Origin: a virus
Taxonomy: Duplodnaviria; Caudoviricetes
Length of the DNA: 44,204 nt
Direction: 5' to 3' (one strand)
IMG/VR virus record: IMGVR_UViG_3300031460_000088
Location: 1-44,204 of that record
Position numbers and translations under genes: made by a program. How positions within the stretch are numbered: the stretch's first letter is position 1; the number at the start of each line of letters is the position of its first letter. The notes below the pieces were generated by a model. It was not told where the DNA came from. It did no database searches and saw nothing but the letters and a program-made list of their open reading frames with translations. Of the stretch, positions 16,414 to 25,920 are shown piece by piece.

Positions 16414-17093
16414 TCGTGGTGTGGCCCACCCATCGCAGGCACGCCGCCTACAGGGCCACAGCGGCCCGCTCCGCAGCGGCGCGACGAAACCTCGCCCACG
16501 CCCGCGCCGCCCTTCACGGCCGTCGGCGCACAGCGAAACAGCATGCCGCCGGGCTGGCGAACCTCGCCAAAGCTCGCGCCGCCGGCAGAACACGACCCCG
16601 CACCGCTCGACAGCTCGCTGCAGCTCGAGCGAACATCGCCAAAGCCCGCGGTGTCGCCAGAACCCGGCCACACACCGCTCGGCAACTTGCCGCAGCCCGC
16701 GCGAACCTCGCCAAGGCCCGGGCTGTCGCGAGAACACGACCCAGGACCGGCCGGCAACTTGCCGCAGCCCGCGCGAACCTCGCCAAGGCTCGAGCCGTCG
16801 CGAGAACACGGCCACGCACTGCGCGGCAGCACGCAACGTCCAAAGCGAACCTCGCACTGGCCCGCGCTATCGCCAGGACAAAGCCTCGCACCAGCCTGCA
16901 ACGCGCGGCCTCCAAGGCCAACTTTGCACTGGCCCGGGCTGTCGCCAAAGCACGACCCAGAACCGCTGCTCAGAAAGCAGCCTCGCGGCTCAACCTCGCT
17001 AACGCCAGGACGCGGCCCAGAAGCGCAGTCCAGAAGGCGGCGTCACGGCTCAACCTCGCCACTGGGCGAAGCCACCGCAGGAAACGACGATAG
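16401..17093 (+). CDS. Extremely basic Arg/Ala-rich 24-aa repeat protein
   Basis: About 9 repeats of RTARQLAAARANLAKARAVARTRP; repeats vary mostly at third codon positions in this frame; start may be GTG 16416/16419. Confidence 0.75.
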   Translation: MAGLVVVWPTHRRHAAYRATAARSAAARRNLAHARAALHGRRRTAKQHAAGLANLAKARAAGRTRPRTARQLAAARANIAKARGVARTRPHTARQLAAARANLAKARAVARTRPRTGRQLAAARANLAKARAVARTRPRTARQHATSKANLALARAIARTKPRTSLQRAASKANFALARAVAKARPRTAAQKAASRLNLANARTRPRSAVQKAASRLNLATGRSHRRKRR

Positions 17094-17102
17094 GACCCCG
17101 AC

Positions 17103-17417
17103 ATGGCGACCATCAACGCGCAGACCGGCACCGGCAACGTTGTCACCTACACGGCGGCCTCAGCAGGCGGCGACACCATCGCCATCGGCACAGCCACTAG
17201 GCCCGTTATCACCATCCGCAACGGCTCAGCGGGCCCTGTCACAGTCACACTGGCCGGGCAGAACGTGTGCTCCCAGGGATTCACCCACTCCGTGGCCTAC
17301 ACGTGTGCCGTAGGGGATACCGAGATCCTGCCACCCGCAAGCACTATGGCCAACGGCACTGTCCTGCTCGCCTACTCTGCCGCCACCTCAGTCACCGTCG
17401 GCGCAGTGGCCAGCTAA
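17103..17417 (+). CDS. Small beta-rich virion-type protein
   Basis: TYTAASAGGDT..IRNGSAGPVTVT..YSAATSVTVGAV pattern seen in actinophage structural regions. Confidence 0.7.
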   Translation: MATINAQTGTGNVVTYTAASAGGDTIAIGTATRPVITIRNGSAGPVTVTLAGQNVCSQGFTHSVAYTCAVGDTEILPPASTMANGTVLLAYSAATSVTVGAVAS

Positions 17418-17432
17418 CAGGGAGCGACGACA

Positions 17433-17744
17433 GTGCCACGCGGTGCCACCCTCACCACTGCAGAGAAGGGGTACGGCGGCAACCACCCGCGCCTGCGGCA
17501 GCTGTACGCCCCATCAGTAGCAGCAGGCAAGGCACGGTGCGCCGAACCCATATGCCTCATGCCCACCCGGTGGATACAGCCGGGCACACCGTGGGACCTG
17601 GCACACGGCCCCACCCGCGACACCTACCGCGGACCAGCACACGCCCGCTGCAATCGCAGTGAGGGTGCCACACGGGGGAACCTCACCCGCGGGACCACCC
17701 CAGGCATGACCCTCCTGACCCGCATCCGGTCAAGGCAGTGGTGA
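17433..17744 (+). CDS. Packaging-associated HNH endonuclease
   Basis: KGYG..H, C....C, WDLAH, GPAHARCNRSEGA; position before terminase. Confidence 0.85.
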   Translation: MPRGATLTTAEKGYGGNHPRLRQLYAPSVAAGKARCAEPICLMPTRWIQPGTPWDLAHGPTRDTYRGPAHARCNRSEGATRGNLTRGTTPGMTLLTRIRSRQW

Positions 17745-17745
17745 G

Positions 17746-17960
17746 TGACCATCCGCTGAGCTGACCACCCGCCGCCCCGCTGCCGAACCATCCGTCGGCT
17801 GACCATCCGCCGGCTGACGAGCAGATGTCGATCGCCGCCCCGCTTGCCGACCGCGAGCAGATGAAGTCGCGGTTGTTCATCACTGCCACTGCCATCCGCT
17901 CAATCTCATTTTTGGACAAAAGCGCCATCAACGACCCCGCAGTCGCTCTTTTTTTTACGA
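17746..17960. other. Putative cos/packaging region
   Basis: Non-coding gap between HNH and terminase with TGACCATCCG-like repeats and T-tracts; strand skew flips here. Confidence 0.6.
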
Positions 17961-17976
17961 CCGATGGGGGGCCAGG

Positions 17977-18252
17977 GTGCCACCAGCCAAGAAGCGACCG
18001 CCGGCGTCCTGCCGGACGGCGACGTTGGCCGAGCTCGAGGCGCTGGGGACGGTCGGCACCCCTGAAGGTCAGTCGGCGCTGGCGTTGGCCGCGGCCATTG
18101 ACTCCGGCCGGTCGCTGATGGCGGCGCCGGCAATGGTGAAAGAACTCCGGTCGACGCTGCAGGCCCTGCGTGACCGCACCCCCCGAGCAGAGGATTCCGT
18201 TGACGACTTCTCTGCTCGACGCGCCGCCCGTCGTACTGCCGCGGGGTTCTGA
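17977..18252 (+). CDS. terS: Terminase small subunit
   Basis: ALALAAAID..KELRSTL..DSVDDFSARRAARR; precedes TerL. Confidence 0.8.
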   Translation: MPPAKKRPPASCRTATLAELEALGTVGTPEGQSALALAAAIDSGRSLMAAPAMVKELRSTLQALRDRTPRAEDSVDDFSARRAARRTAAGF

Positions 18253-19645
18253 GACCCCACGCGTCTGGACTTTCCCGCCTGCGGTGGGTTCGTCGGGGGA
18301 TGAGATCGCGGACTTCTGCGGTGAGAACGGCCTGGTGCTGGATCCGTGGCAGCGGCTCGCGTTGCGGACGGCGATGGGCGAGCGTTCGGACGGGCGGTGG
18401 GCGGCTGGTGAGGTGGGGATCGTGGTGCCACGCCAGAACGGGAAGGGCTCGATCCTGGAGGCGCGGGAGATCGGTGGCCTGTTCCTGTTGAGCGAGAGAA
18501 GCATCGTTCACACGGCGCAGCAGTTCCGGACGGCGACGGACGCGTTCAAGCGGGTGCGGCAGGTCATCGACGGCGCCCCGGACTTGTCGCGGCGGGTGAA
18601 GCGGGTCCTGAACTCGCCGGTGGACAAGTCGATCGAGCTGCGCAACGGCAACAAGCTGTCCTTTATCGCCCGTGGACCGAACGCCGGTCGTGGTCTGTCG
18701 GGCACTGACCTGCTGATCTTCGACGAGGCTTACGACTTGACTGACGCCGAGATGGAGGCGCTGGCACCGACGATGACGACGGCGCCGAACCCGCAGGTCT
18801 GGTACACGTCTTCCGCCGGCAAGGAGCACAGCGTCGTTCTGGCGGGCATTCGCAAGCGGGGTGTGGCGGGGTCGCCGACGTTGGCTTACATGGAGTGGTC
18901 GGTGCCTCAGCCGGAGGTGGGGGCGCCGTCGGCGGACGCGTCGGACCTGGGGCTGCTGGCGATGGCGAACCCGGGTTTGGGGACGCGGGTCTCGGCTGAC
19001 TATCTGGCGATCGAGCGGGGCATCTTCTCGGGGAATTTGGCCGGGTTGGCTCGGGAGCGTCTGGGCGTGTTCGACCCGGTGCCGGTGCTGGGCGGTGTGT
19101 TCCCTGAGGGCACCTGGGAGGGCTGCGCGGACCGCGCGTCGAGCATCGACGGTCCACCGGTGTTCGCCGCCGCTGTCGCGGAGGACCGGCGCACTTCCGC
19201 CGTGGGTGCCTCAGGTGCCCGTGAAGACGGTGTTATTCACCTCGAGAACGTCCAGAACGGCTCGGGAACGGACTGGATTGTGCCGCATCTGGCTGAGGTC
19301 ACGGCGAGAAACGGCGGGTCTGTCGTGATAGACCCCGGTTCCCCGGCCGGCTCGCTCGTGGACGACTTGAAACAGGCTGGGGTGCGGGTCCACACGGTTT
19401 CGGCGCGGGACTACGCGCAGGCGTGCGGGTGGATCTACGACGCGGTGCAGAACCAGGACGTTCGTCATCTTGGGCAGCCGGAGCTGGACGTCGCGGTCCG
19501 GGACGCGCAGCTGCGGACACTGGCTGGCGCGTTCGCGTGGGACCTGCGCAAACCCCTGTCTGACATCACGCCCCTGGTCGCGGTGACGCTGGCCTGCTGG
19601 GGGCACCGAACCTACGGCGGGAACCTGGCGGACTCGGTCTGGTGA
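18200..19645 (+). CDS. terL: Terminase large subunit
   Basis: LDPWQ, VPRQNGKG (Walker A), LIFDEA (Walker B), YTSSA, ANP, DITPLVA; TTG start inferred. Confidence 0.95.
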   Translation: MTTSLLDAPPVVLPRGSETPRVWTFPPAVGSSGDEIADFCGENGLVLDPWQRLALRTAMGERSDGRWAAGEVGIVVPRQNGKGSILEAREIGGLFLLSERSIVHTAQQFRTATDAFKRVRQVIDGAPDLSRRVKRVLNSPVDKSIELRNGNKLSFIARGPNAGRGLSGTDLLIFDEAYDLTDAEMEALAPTMTTAPNPQVWYTSSAGKEHSVVLAGIRKRGVAGSPTLAYMEWSVPQPEVGAPSADASDLGLLAMANPGLGTRVSADYLAIERGIFSGNLAGLARERLGVFDPVPVLGGVFPEGTWEGCADRASSIDGPPVFAAAVAEDRRTSAVGASGAREDGVIHLENVQNGSGTDWIVPHLAEVTARNGGSVVIDPGSPAGSLVDDLKQAGVRVHTVSARDYAQACGWIYDAVQNQDVRHLGQPELDVAVRDAQLRTLAGAFAWDLRKPLSDITPLVAVTLACWGHRTYGGNLADSVW

Positions 19646-19782
19646 AACTTCGTCATCACTTGCGTGACCTCGAGGGCGTCGCGGCGTTTGTCTGCATCGT
19701 CGCGGGTGTCGCTCTGCTTTCTATTCCTGCCGCGCTGGTCGTGGCCGGCGTGCTGTTGGTCCTCGACCGAATCACGTCCTAA
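19642..19782 (+). CDS. Small two-TM membrane protein between TerL and portal
   Basis: Hand translation VKLRHHLRDLEGVAAFVCIVAGVALLSIPAALVVAGVLLVLDRITS. Confidence 0.7.
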   Translation: MKLRHHLRDLEGVAAFVCIVAGVALLSIPAALVVAGVLLVLDRITS

Positions 19783-19799
19783 CCGGAAGGCCGGGTTGC

Positions 19800-21050
19800 A
19801 TGGGTCTCTTCGTCGGGCGTGAGCGGGAGGTCCGCGCAATCTTCCCTGAGCCGCCGATCTCGCCGTTTCCCGGCGCGGACGCGTCCGGCCTCGTCAGCGT
19901 GTCGTCGAAGCCTGACACTGCGCTGACGATCCCGACCGTGTGGGCGTGCGTGTCGCTGCTGGCGGGATCAGTGTCGTCGCTGCCGATGGAGACGTTCCGG
20001 CGGAACGCGGACCCGACGGCGGTGCCGAAGCGGATCGCCGACCCGAAGCTGATCACGACACCGGACGGGGACATGACGCAGTCGGAGTGGCTGCACATGC
20101 TGATGGTGTCGCTGCTGATGCGGGGCAACGCTTACGGCCTGGTCCAACGGGACGGTCAGCTTCTCGCGACCGGGGTTCACCTGCTCGACCCGGACCGGGT
20201 GACGTTGAAGGTCGAGACGGGCGGGACGCTGACGTACAAGCTGAAGAACGGCAGCGGGGTCGACAAGACAATCCCGTTGCAGGACATGTGGCACGTTCGT
20301 GGTCTGACCCTGCCTGGGTCGGTTGTCGGGCTGTCCCCGATCTCCTACGCGGCCGCGATCCTCGGCCTGGACTTGAGCTCGCGGCGGTTCGCGTCCGGGT
20401 TCTTCGACGGCGACGGCATCCCGAAGGCGGTCCTCGAGTCGGACCAGCAGGTCAACCAGGAGCAGGCCCGGACTATCAAGGACCGGGTGATGGCGACGTT
20501 CCGGGGCCGGGACCCGCTCGTCCTCGGCCTCGGCCTGAAGTACACGCAGATCCAGGTTCGCCCGGACGAATCCCAGTTCCTCGCAACCCAGCAGGCGTCG
20601 GTGGCGCAGATCTGTCGCTACTTCGGCGTCCCCGCGGGGATGATCGACGGCCCGTCCGGTGGGTCGCAGACGTACACGAACACGGAACAAAGGGGTCTGG
20701 AGTTCGTCACCTACTCGCTCGCGCACTGGCTGCGCCGGATCGAGGACGCGGTGTTCCGGCTGCTGCCGGGCACCCAGTACGTCCAGTTCAACGCGCACCG
20801 GCTGATCCGCCTGGACGCGGAGACCCAAGCCAAGGTCGACCTGCAACGGCTCGCCGGCAAGATCATCGCCCCCTCCGAACTCCGGTCCAGGGACGGGTTG
20901 GACCCGATGACGGACGCGCAGAAGAAGGAGGCCGACATGGTGCCTTTGACGGTGGGACCGTTGGGCCGGCCAGTCGGCCAGCCAGCGCTGCACAACCCGG
21001 TGGGACCGGAGGCCCCGGTGCCTGCTACCGAGAACCCGACAGGAGCCTGA
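19800..21050 (+). CDS. Portal protein (HK97 family)
   Basis: VWACVSLLA, LLMRGNAY, WHVRG..GLSPI, SQFL..ICRYFGVP, TNTEQ. Confidence 0.95.
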   Translation: MGLFVGREREVRAIFPEPPISPFPGADASGLVSVSSKPDTALTIPTVWACVSLLAGSVSSLPMETFRRNADPTAVPKRIADPKLITTPDGDMTQSEWLHMLMVSLLMRGNAYGLVQRDGQLLATGVHLLDPDRVTLKVETGGTLTYKLKNGSGVDKTIPLQDMWHVRGLTLPGSVVGLSPISYAAAILGLDLSSRRFASGFFDGDGIPKAVLESDQQVNQEQARTIKDRVMATFRGRDPLVLGLGLKYTQIQVRPDESQFLATQQASVAQICRYFGVPAGMIDGPSGGSQTYTNTEQRGLEFVTYSLAHWLRRIEDAVFRLLPGTQYVQFNAHRLIRLDAETQAKVDLQRLAGKIIAPSELRSRDGLDPMTDAQKKEADMVPLTVGPLGRPVGQPALHNPVGPEAPVPATENPTGA

Positions 21051-21052
21051 CA

Positions 21053-22039
21053 ATGGCGTTCGACACTTTTGAGACGCGCACGGTCGCGGCGTCGTTCGAG
21101 ATGCGCGACGACGCCACCACAGGCGCACCGATCCTCGAGGGCTACGCGGCGACGTTCGACAGGCCGTATGACATGGGCCCGTTCTGGGAGCAGGTCGACT
21201 CCCGCGCGTTCAACCGCACCCTGACCACTAAGCCGGACGTGCGCCTGTTGGTTGACCACGCCGGCCAACCGCTGGCGCGGACGAAGTCCGGCACGCTCGA
21301 CCTGAATGCAGACGAAGGCTCCCCGGGCCTGCACGTTCGGGCCATGTTGGACCCGGCGGACCCGGACGTGCAGCGGCTCCTGCCGAAGATGCGCCGCGGC
21401 GACCTGGACGAGATGTCGTTCGCGTTCCGTGTGGCTCCCGGCGGTGACGCGTGGGACTACACGAACCCGGAGAAGACGATGCGGACCCTGAACGAGGTGT
21501 CCCTCGCTGGCGGCGACGTGTCCGTGGTGACGTATCCGGCGAACCCGACGACGTCGGTCAGTGTCCGCGCCCGCGACTTGGAAGAGGCGCGTCGCGTGTT
21601 CGTCGAGCAGACCGCGAAGGAGATGCGAGCGGGGCGCATGCTGTCGGCGGCGAATCTGGCGAAGCTGCGGCAAGTGGTCGACCAGATCGCCCAGCGTTCC
21701 GGTCCCACCGCCAACGACACCCGCGACGCACTCGGTGAGGCTGTCATCGAGGCGCACGGCGCAAAGGACGTGTGGACCTATGTCGAGGACTTCGACGACA
21801 CCAGCGTCTGGTTCCTCGTGTCTTCCGAGACGGACAGCGACACCTTCCAGCAGACATACACCCTCGCCAGCGGAGTAGCGACGCTGACCGGTGACCCGGT
21901 TCCCGTGCGCCGGCAGACGACGTATGTCCCGGTGGCCGCGTCCGACGCGGCTGCTGCCGACACCACCCCGGCGCGGGGGCTGCACCCGGACATGGCCAGG
22001 CGAATCCTCGCCGCCGCCGACGCGCCGCGCAGCGCCTGA
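21053..22039 (+). CDS. HK97-family prohead protease with C-terminal extension
   Basis: EGYAATF, LLVDH, LART, GDLDEMSFAF, DVSVVTYPA. Confidence 0.93.
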   Translation: MAFDTFETRTVAASFEMRDDATTGAPILEGYAATFDRPYDMGPFWEQVDSRAFNRTLTTKPDVRLLVDHAGQPLARTKSGTLDLNADEGSPGLHVRAMLDPADPDVQRLLPKMRRGDLDEMSFAFRVAPGGDAWDYTNPEKTMRTLNEVSLAGGDVSVVTYPANPTTSVSVRARDLEEARRVFVEQTAKEMRAGRMLSAANLAKLRQVVDQIAQRSGPTANDTRDALGEAVIEAHGAKDVWTYVEDFDDTSVWFLVSSETDSDTFQQTYTLASGVATLTGDPVPVRRQTTYVPVAASDAAAADTTPARGLHPDMARRILAAADAPRSA

Positions 22040-22190
22040 CCCACCACAAGCCACCCGTGTCGCGACGCGGGTTTGCAGTACCGCACCCAGCCCGGACCCC
22101 CGGCACGCCTATTAGTACGGCTCCCGGCGAAACCATCTGACCGCGGCCAACCCATCCGATTGACCCAACCTCTGAAAGAGGTGCTTCGTC

Positions 22191-23567
22191 ATGTCCCTAT
22201 CCGAGAACATGCGGGAGCGGCGGAAGGCCATCAAAGAGCAGCTTGACGCGCTCGTGGCCGGTGCCGAAACCCGCGACGACAAGAACTTCAGCCCCGAGGA
22301 GACGTCGAGCTTCGACAAGCTCCTCGGCGAGCTCCGGGAGGCCGACAACCGGCTCCTCGAGATCGACGCGTCCGAGGCCGCTGAGGCCCGCGCCGCGCAG
22401 GCCCGCGCCGCAGCCGGCGAGGGCGGCGTGACCAGTAGCACGAAGGTCACCGACCCGCCCGTGTACGTCAAGGGCAACCTCAACGGCCAGTCCTACTTCC
22501 GCGACCTCGGCCTGCGCGCTGTCCGACCGGACCAGGCCCGTGACGCCACGGAGCGGCTCGTGCGCTCCGGCAGGATGGCTGTCGACGAGCAGCGTGCCCT
22601 GGGCAACACGAACACCACCGGCGGCTCCGGTGGTGAGTTCGCGCCTCCGACCTGGCTCGTGAACGAGTGGATCAACCTCCTGCGGCCCGGGCGCATCACC
22701 GCCGACCTGTTCAAGAAGGCTCCAGTGCCCGACGGGACGTCCTCGATCTCCATCCCGAAGATCACCGGCGGCACGTCGGTGGCCCTCCAGACCACGCAGA
22801 ACTCGACGGTCGCGGCGACGGACATCACCACCAGCTACGTCTCGACCGGGTTCACCACGATCCTGGGCAAGGAGGTCGTGTCGCAGCAGCTGCTCGACCA
22901 GTCGGCGATCCCGTTCGACGAGGTCATCTCCGCTGACCTGGCCGCCGCGTACAACGCCTACTTCGGTGTGCAGGTGCTCCTCGGCGCGGGCACGGGTGCG
23001 AACAACAACTCGGTTCTCAACGGGCTGACGAACGCCACCGTGCTGGCCGCGAACCAGTCGACCCTCGCGGCGACCCCCACGGCGGCGACGTTCTACTCCA
23101 AGGCGAACGGCATGTTGGCGTCGTTCGTGACGAACCGGTTCGCCCCGCCGGAGGTGTGGCTGATGCACCCGCGGCGTTGGTACTGGCTGATGGCGCAGGT
23201 CGACTCTCAGGGCCGGCCGCTGGTCGTTCCCGCCGACGTGGCGTTCAACCCCATCGCGACCAACGACATGGTCAGCGTGCAGGGCTCCGCGGGCCGGTTC
23301 CTCGGCCTGCCGGTCGTGATTGATCCCAACATCCCGACCAACCTCGGCGTCGCCCCCGGCAACACCCAGGACGAGGTCTTCCTCATGCGGACCTCGGACC
23401 TGTGGCTGTTCGAGTCCACCCCGCGGGCGGAAGCGTTCACCGCGCCCTACGCCGAGTCGTTGGGCGTGCTGTTCCGGCTGTACAACTACGCCGGGCTGAT
23501 CCTGAACCGGCTGGGTTCCAGCATCGCGACGATGAACGGCCCGGGTCTCACTCCTCCGGCGTTCTGA
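22191..23567 (+). CDS. Major capsid protein (HK97 fold, N-terminal delta domain)
   Basis: Coiled-coil N-terminus, GGEFAPP, VSQQLLDQS, WLMHPRRW, GLPVVIDPNIP. Confidence 0.93.
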   Translation: MSLSENMRERRKAIKEQLDALVAGAETRDDKNFSPEETSSFDKLLGELREADNRLLEIDASEAAEARAAQARAAAGEGGVTSSTKVTDPPVYVKGNLNGQSYFRDLGLRAVRPDQARDATERLVRSGRMAVDEQRALGNTNTTGGSGGEFAPPTWLVNEWINLLRPGRITADLFKKAPVPDGTSSISIPKITGGTSVALQTTQNSTVAATDITTSYVSTGFTTILGKEVVSQQLLDQSAIPFDEVISADLAAAYNAYFGVQVLLGAGTGANNNSVLNGLTNATVLAANQSTLAATPTAATFYSKANGMLASFVTNRFAPPEVWLMHPRRWYWLMAQVDSQGRPLVVPADVAFNPIATNDMVSVQGSAGRFLGLPVVIDPNIPTNLGVAPGNTQDEVFLMRTSDLWLFESTPRAEAFTAPYAESLGVLFRLYNYAGLILNRLGSSIATMNGPGLTPPAF

Positions 23568-23591
23568 CCTACATCGAGATAGGAGCATGAC

Positions 23592-23858
23592 ATGGCGACT
23601 CACGCCAAGAGCATTGATGACGAAGGCCAGCTCGTGTCCGACAACCGGGTCGAGGACCCGATTGCGGAGGCGCACCGGCTGCACCACCTGGCGACGGCTG
23701 ACCCGGAGCCGGAACGAGACGGTGTCCTGCTGTCCGTCGAGCACGAGGACAAGTACGGCCTCGAGCGCAAGTCGGATCTGTCGGTGCCGGAGTCGGCGGT
23801 GGAGCAGCGGAAGCTGCAGAACGCCGCCGCGCCGCGGGTGTCCGACACCAAGAAGTAG
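23592..23858 (+). CDS. Hypothetical head-region protein
   Basis: AGGAG SD; follows MCP. Confidence 0.65.
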   Translation: MATHAKSIDDEGQLVSDNRVEDPIAEAHRLHHLATADPEPERDGVLLSVEHEDKYGLERKSDLSVPESAVEQRKLQNAAAPRVSDTKK

Positions 23859-23863
23859 CCCCA

Positions 23864-23904
23864 TTCCGGACCGTCCCCGCCATTGATGCGGGGACGGTCT
23901 GGGA
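23864..23904 (+). terminator. Stem-loop after capsid genes
   Basis: GACCGTCCCCGC/GCGGGGACGGTC 12-bp stem. Confidence 0.6.
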
Positions 23905-23925
23905 CCTCCTGCGGAAGGACACGCG

Positions 23926-24501
23926 ATGCCAGCAGGTCCGCTCGTCGGCATCGAGGACACCAAGGCTTATCTACGGATCAAGTCGGGCACGGACGACGTG
24001 AAGCTCGGCGGTTTCCTCGACGACGCGGTCGCTGCGGTCGCGGACATCATCGGCCCTGTCACGCCGACGTCCTATACGGAGGTCGTCGACAACCACGGCT
24101 CGAGGATTGTGCTGGCCCGCACGCCGGTGCAGTCAGTTCAGTCGGTGATGATCCAGCCGTGGCTGGGCGCCGCCCCGATCGACGACACAGCGGCGTGGCA
24201 GGCCAACTCGGAGACGGGTGTCCTGCGCCGGCTCCAGGTGGGCGGGTCTATGCCGTTCTACGGTTCCGGTTCGGTGTTCACGATCACCTACACCGCAGGC
24301 CGGACCGTCGTCCCGGCGCCGGTGAACCGGGCCATCCTCATGCAGGTCGCTGACATGTGGGAGGCGGAACGCGGGTCGATGCCGATGGCCGGCGGTGGTG
24401 GCGACGCTCCGCCTCCGTCGTACAGCGGGGACGTCGGGTTCCTCGCCCCCGAGGTGATGGAGCTGCTGCTGCCGTACCTCGCGCCGCCTGGGGTGGCGTG
24501 A
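23926..24501 (+). CDS. Head-to-tail adaptor
   Basis: KAYLRI..DD..L, ITYTAGR..VP..V..AIL..VADMW. Confidence 0.85.
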   Translation: MPAGPLVGIEDTKAYLRIKSGTDDVKLGGFLDDAVAAVADIIGPVTPTSYTEVVDNHGSRIVLARTPVQSVQSVMIQPWLGAAPIDDTAAWQANSETGVLRRLQVGGSMPFYGSGSVFTITYTAGRTVVPAPVNRAILMQVADMWEAERGSMPMAGGGGDAPPPSYSGDVGFLAPEVMELLLPYLAPPGVA

Positions 24502-24502
24502 C

Positions 24503-24952
24503 GTGGCCGCTCAGTGGCCGCAGGTGAAAGCGTGGCTGGTCGCGACGATCCCCACCCTGCCCGGCATGACCGGCGTGTCCGTCTACTCGGGCCCACCGGA
24601 AACGGGGGAGCAGCCGGAACGGTATGTGACGGTCGGGTACGTCACTGACGACCACGGCGGCTCGTACCAGCTGATCCAGTCCCCAGACGGGTTCCAGTGG
24701 GACGAGGCCGGTGAAGTCCGCTCCGAGATCGTCGCCCAGGTCGGGGATTCCGACCCCGCGATAGCACAGGGGGAGGCGTTCGTCATCGCTGACGCCTTGG
24801 ATCGGGTGATCCGCTCGGACCACACCCTCGGCAAGACGCTGTCCCCGAACGGGACGGCTGAGACCCACGTCGAGGTCCACTCGATCAGTAACGCGGGCGG
24901 CACCGCCACCGCGCTAGTTCACACGCTCCGATACGCCACCACCACCTTGTAG
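24503..24952 (+). CDS. Tail terminator / neck protein
   Basis: VYSGPP..VTVG..IRSDHTLG pattern; position. Confidence 0.7.
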   Translation: MAAQWPQVKAWLVATIPTLPGMTGVSVYSGPPETGEQPERYVTVGYVTDDHGGSYQLIQSPDGFQWDEAGEVRSEIVAQVGDSDPAIAQGEAFVIADALDRVIRSDHTLGKTLSPNGTAETHVEVHSISNAGGTATALVHTLRYATTTL

Positions 24953-24964
24953 GAGAGATACGTC

Positions 24965-25255
24965 ATGGCTGAAACTAATACCCCCTCGACCCTGACCGCT
25001 GCCGAGCAGGAGGTCGTCGACGCGGAGAACGCGCAGTGGGGGAAGTGGACCGCGAACGGTCCGATCTTCCTCGACGGTGTCCTGGCGTTCGCGTCCGGAC
25101 ATGAGGTGCCCGTGCAGCACGTCGAGAAGTACCACCTGGACAAGCAGGGCCTGGTCCGCGCTGCGGGCGAGCCGGCGCAGGACCCCGCCTTGGCGGCGTA
25201 TGTCGAGGCCCCGACGGGGCAGACCGTCGACGGCGACCCGAAGAAGAAGAAGTAG
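24965..25255 (+). CDS. Hypothetical neck-region protein
   Basis: AGGAG SD; IFLDGVLAF..GHEVPVQHV. Confidence 0.7.
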   Translation: MAETNTPSTLTAAEQEVVDAENAQWGKWTANGPIFLDGVLAFASGHEVPVQHVEKYHLDKQGLVRAAGEPAQDPALAAYVEAPTGQTVDGDPKKKK

Positions 25256-25274
25256 CAACCACCCACCCCCCGTC

Positions 25275-25307
25275 AACCCTCTGACCCGCCCGGGCAGGGG
25301 GTTTCTT
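25275..25307 (+). terminator. Terminator-like hairpin
   Basis: AACCCTCTG/CAGGGGGTT followed by TCTT. Confidence 0.4.
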
Positions 25308-25329
25308 CACGCCCTGAAAGGCCGCCGTC

Positions 25330-25920
25330 ATGGCTAATCCCACACTCCCAGTTCCGAACTACCTGGCCGACCCGGGCGTGCTCTATTACGCCCCGATCGG
25401 CACCGCGCTCCCCGCGAACACTGTCGCCGGTGGCGTGTTCACCGACACGTGGGCCACCGCCGGCCCGTGGGTGACCCTCGGCATGACCGAGTCCGGGTCA
25501 GACATGACCCTCGCGCTCACCGCGTCCCCGATCGTGGCTGCGGAACGCCTGGAGCCGTTGGCGTACCGGTCCACCGACCGACAGACCCACGTCTCGTTCA
25601 TGTTGAAAGGGTTCACCGCCTCGAACCTGGCGAAGACCCTGAACGGGGCCGTCACCACCGTCACCGGCACCGGTGCGACGACCCTGACCCAGGTCGACCC
25701 GCCCGCGCTCGGGACTGAGATCCGGTGCATGCTCGGCTGGGAGAGCCAGGACAACACGGTCCGTTGGGTCGCGTTCCAGATCCTCAACTCCGGCACCATC
25801 AAAATGGGGTTCGTCAAGGTCCCCGCGACGACGACGCTGCCCTGGACCGGTAACGGTGAAGTGTCGCCCACGTACAACCAGGCGTCGCGGCTCTGGACCG
25901 CCGGCATTGGCAGGGCCTGA
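25330..25920 (+). CDS. Major tail tube protein
   Basis: G.LYYAPIGTALP..W..LGMTESG; size and position. Confidence 0.85.
   Translation: MANPTLPVPNYLADPGVLYYAPIGTALPANTVAGGVFTDTWATAGPWVTLGMTESGSDMTLALTASPIVAAERLEPLAYRSTDRQTHVSFMLKGFTASNLAKTLNGAVTTVTGTGATTLTQVDPPALGTEIRCMLGWESQDNTVRWVAFQILNSGTIKMGFVKVPATTTLPWTGNGEVSPTYNQASRLWTAGIGRA

Noticed and set aside
14743-17093. Complete toxSAS/CapRel defence operon
   Set aside because: No RelA/SpoT synthetase motifs found in any ORF in the window; only the antitoxin-like part is present
17825-18118. ORF spanning the HNH-terminase gap
   Set aside because: Crosses repeat and T-tract DNA and overlaps terS out of frame; region is better explained as cos
19940-21052. 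Long N-terminal extension of the protease ORF overlapping the portal
   Set aside because: High-GC shadow frame (Arg/Gly/Pro-rich); real start is ATG 21053 with AGGAG SD
22197-23963. 588-aa antisense ORF and similar long alternative-frame ORFs (3192-4055, 3379-4218, 20711-22054, 31420-32565)
   Set aside because: Mirror frames of real genes caused by GC3 bias or repeats; no motifs or start signals
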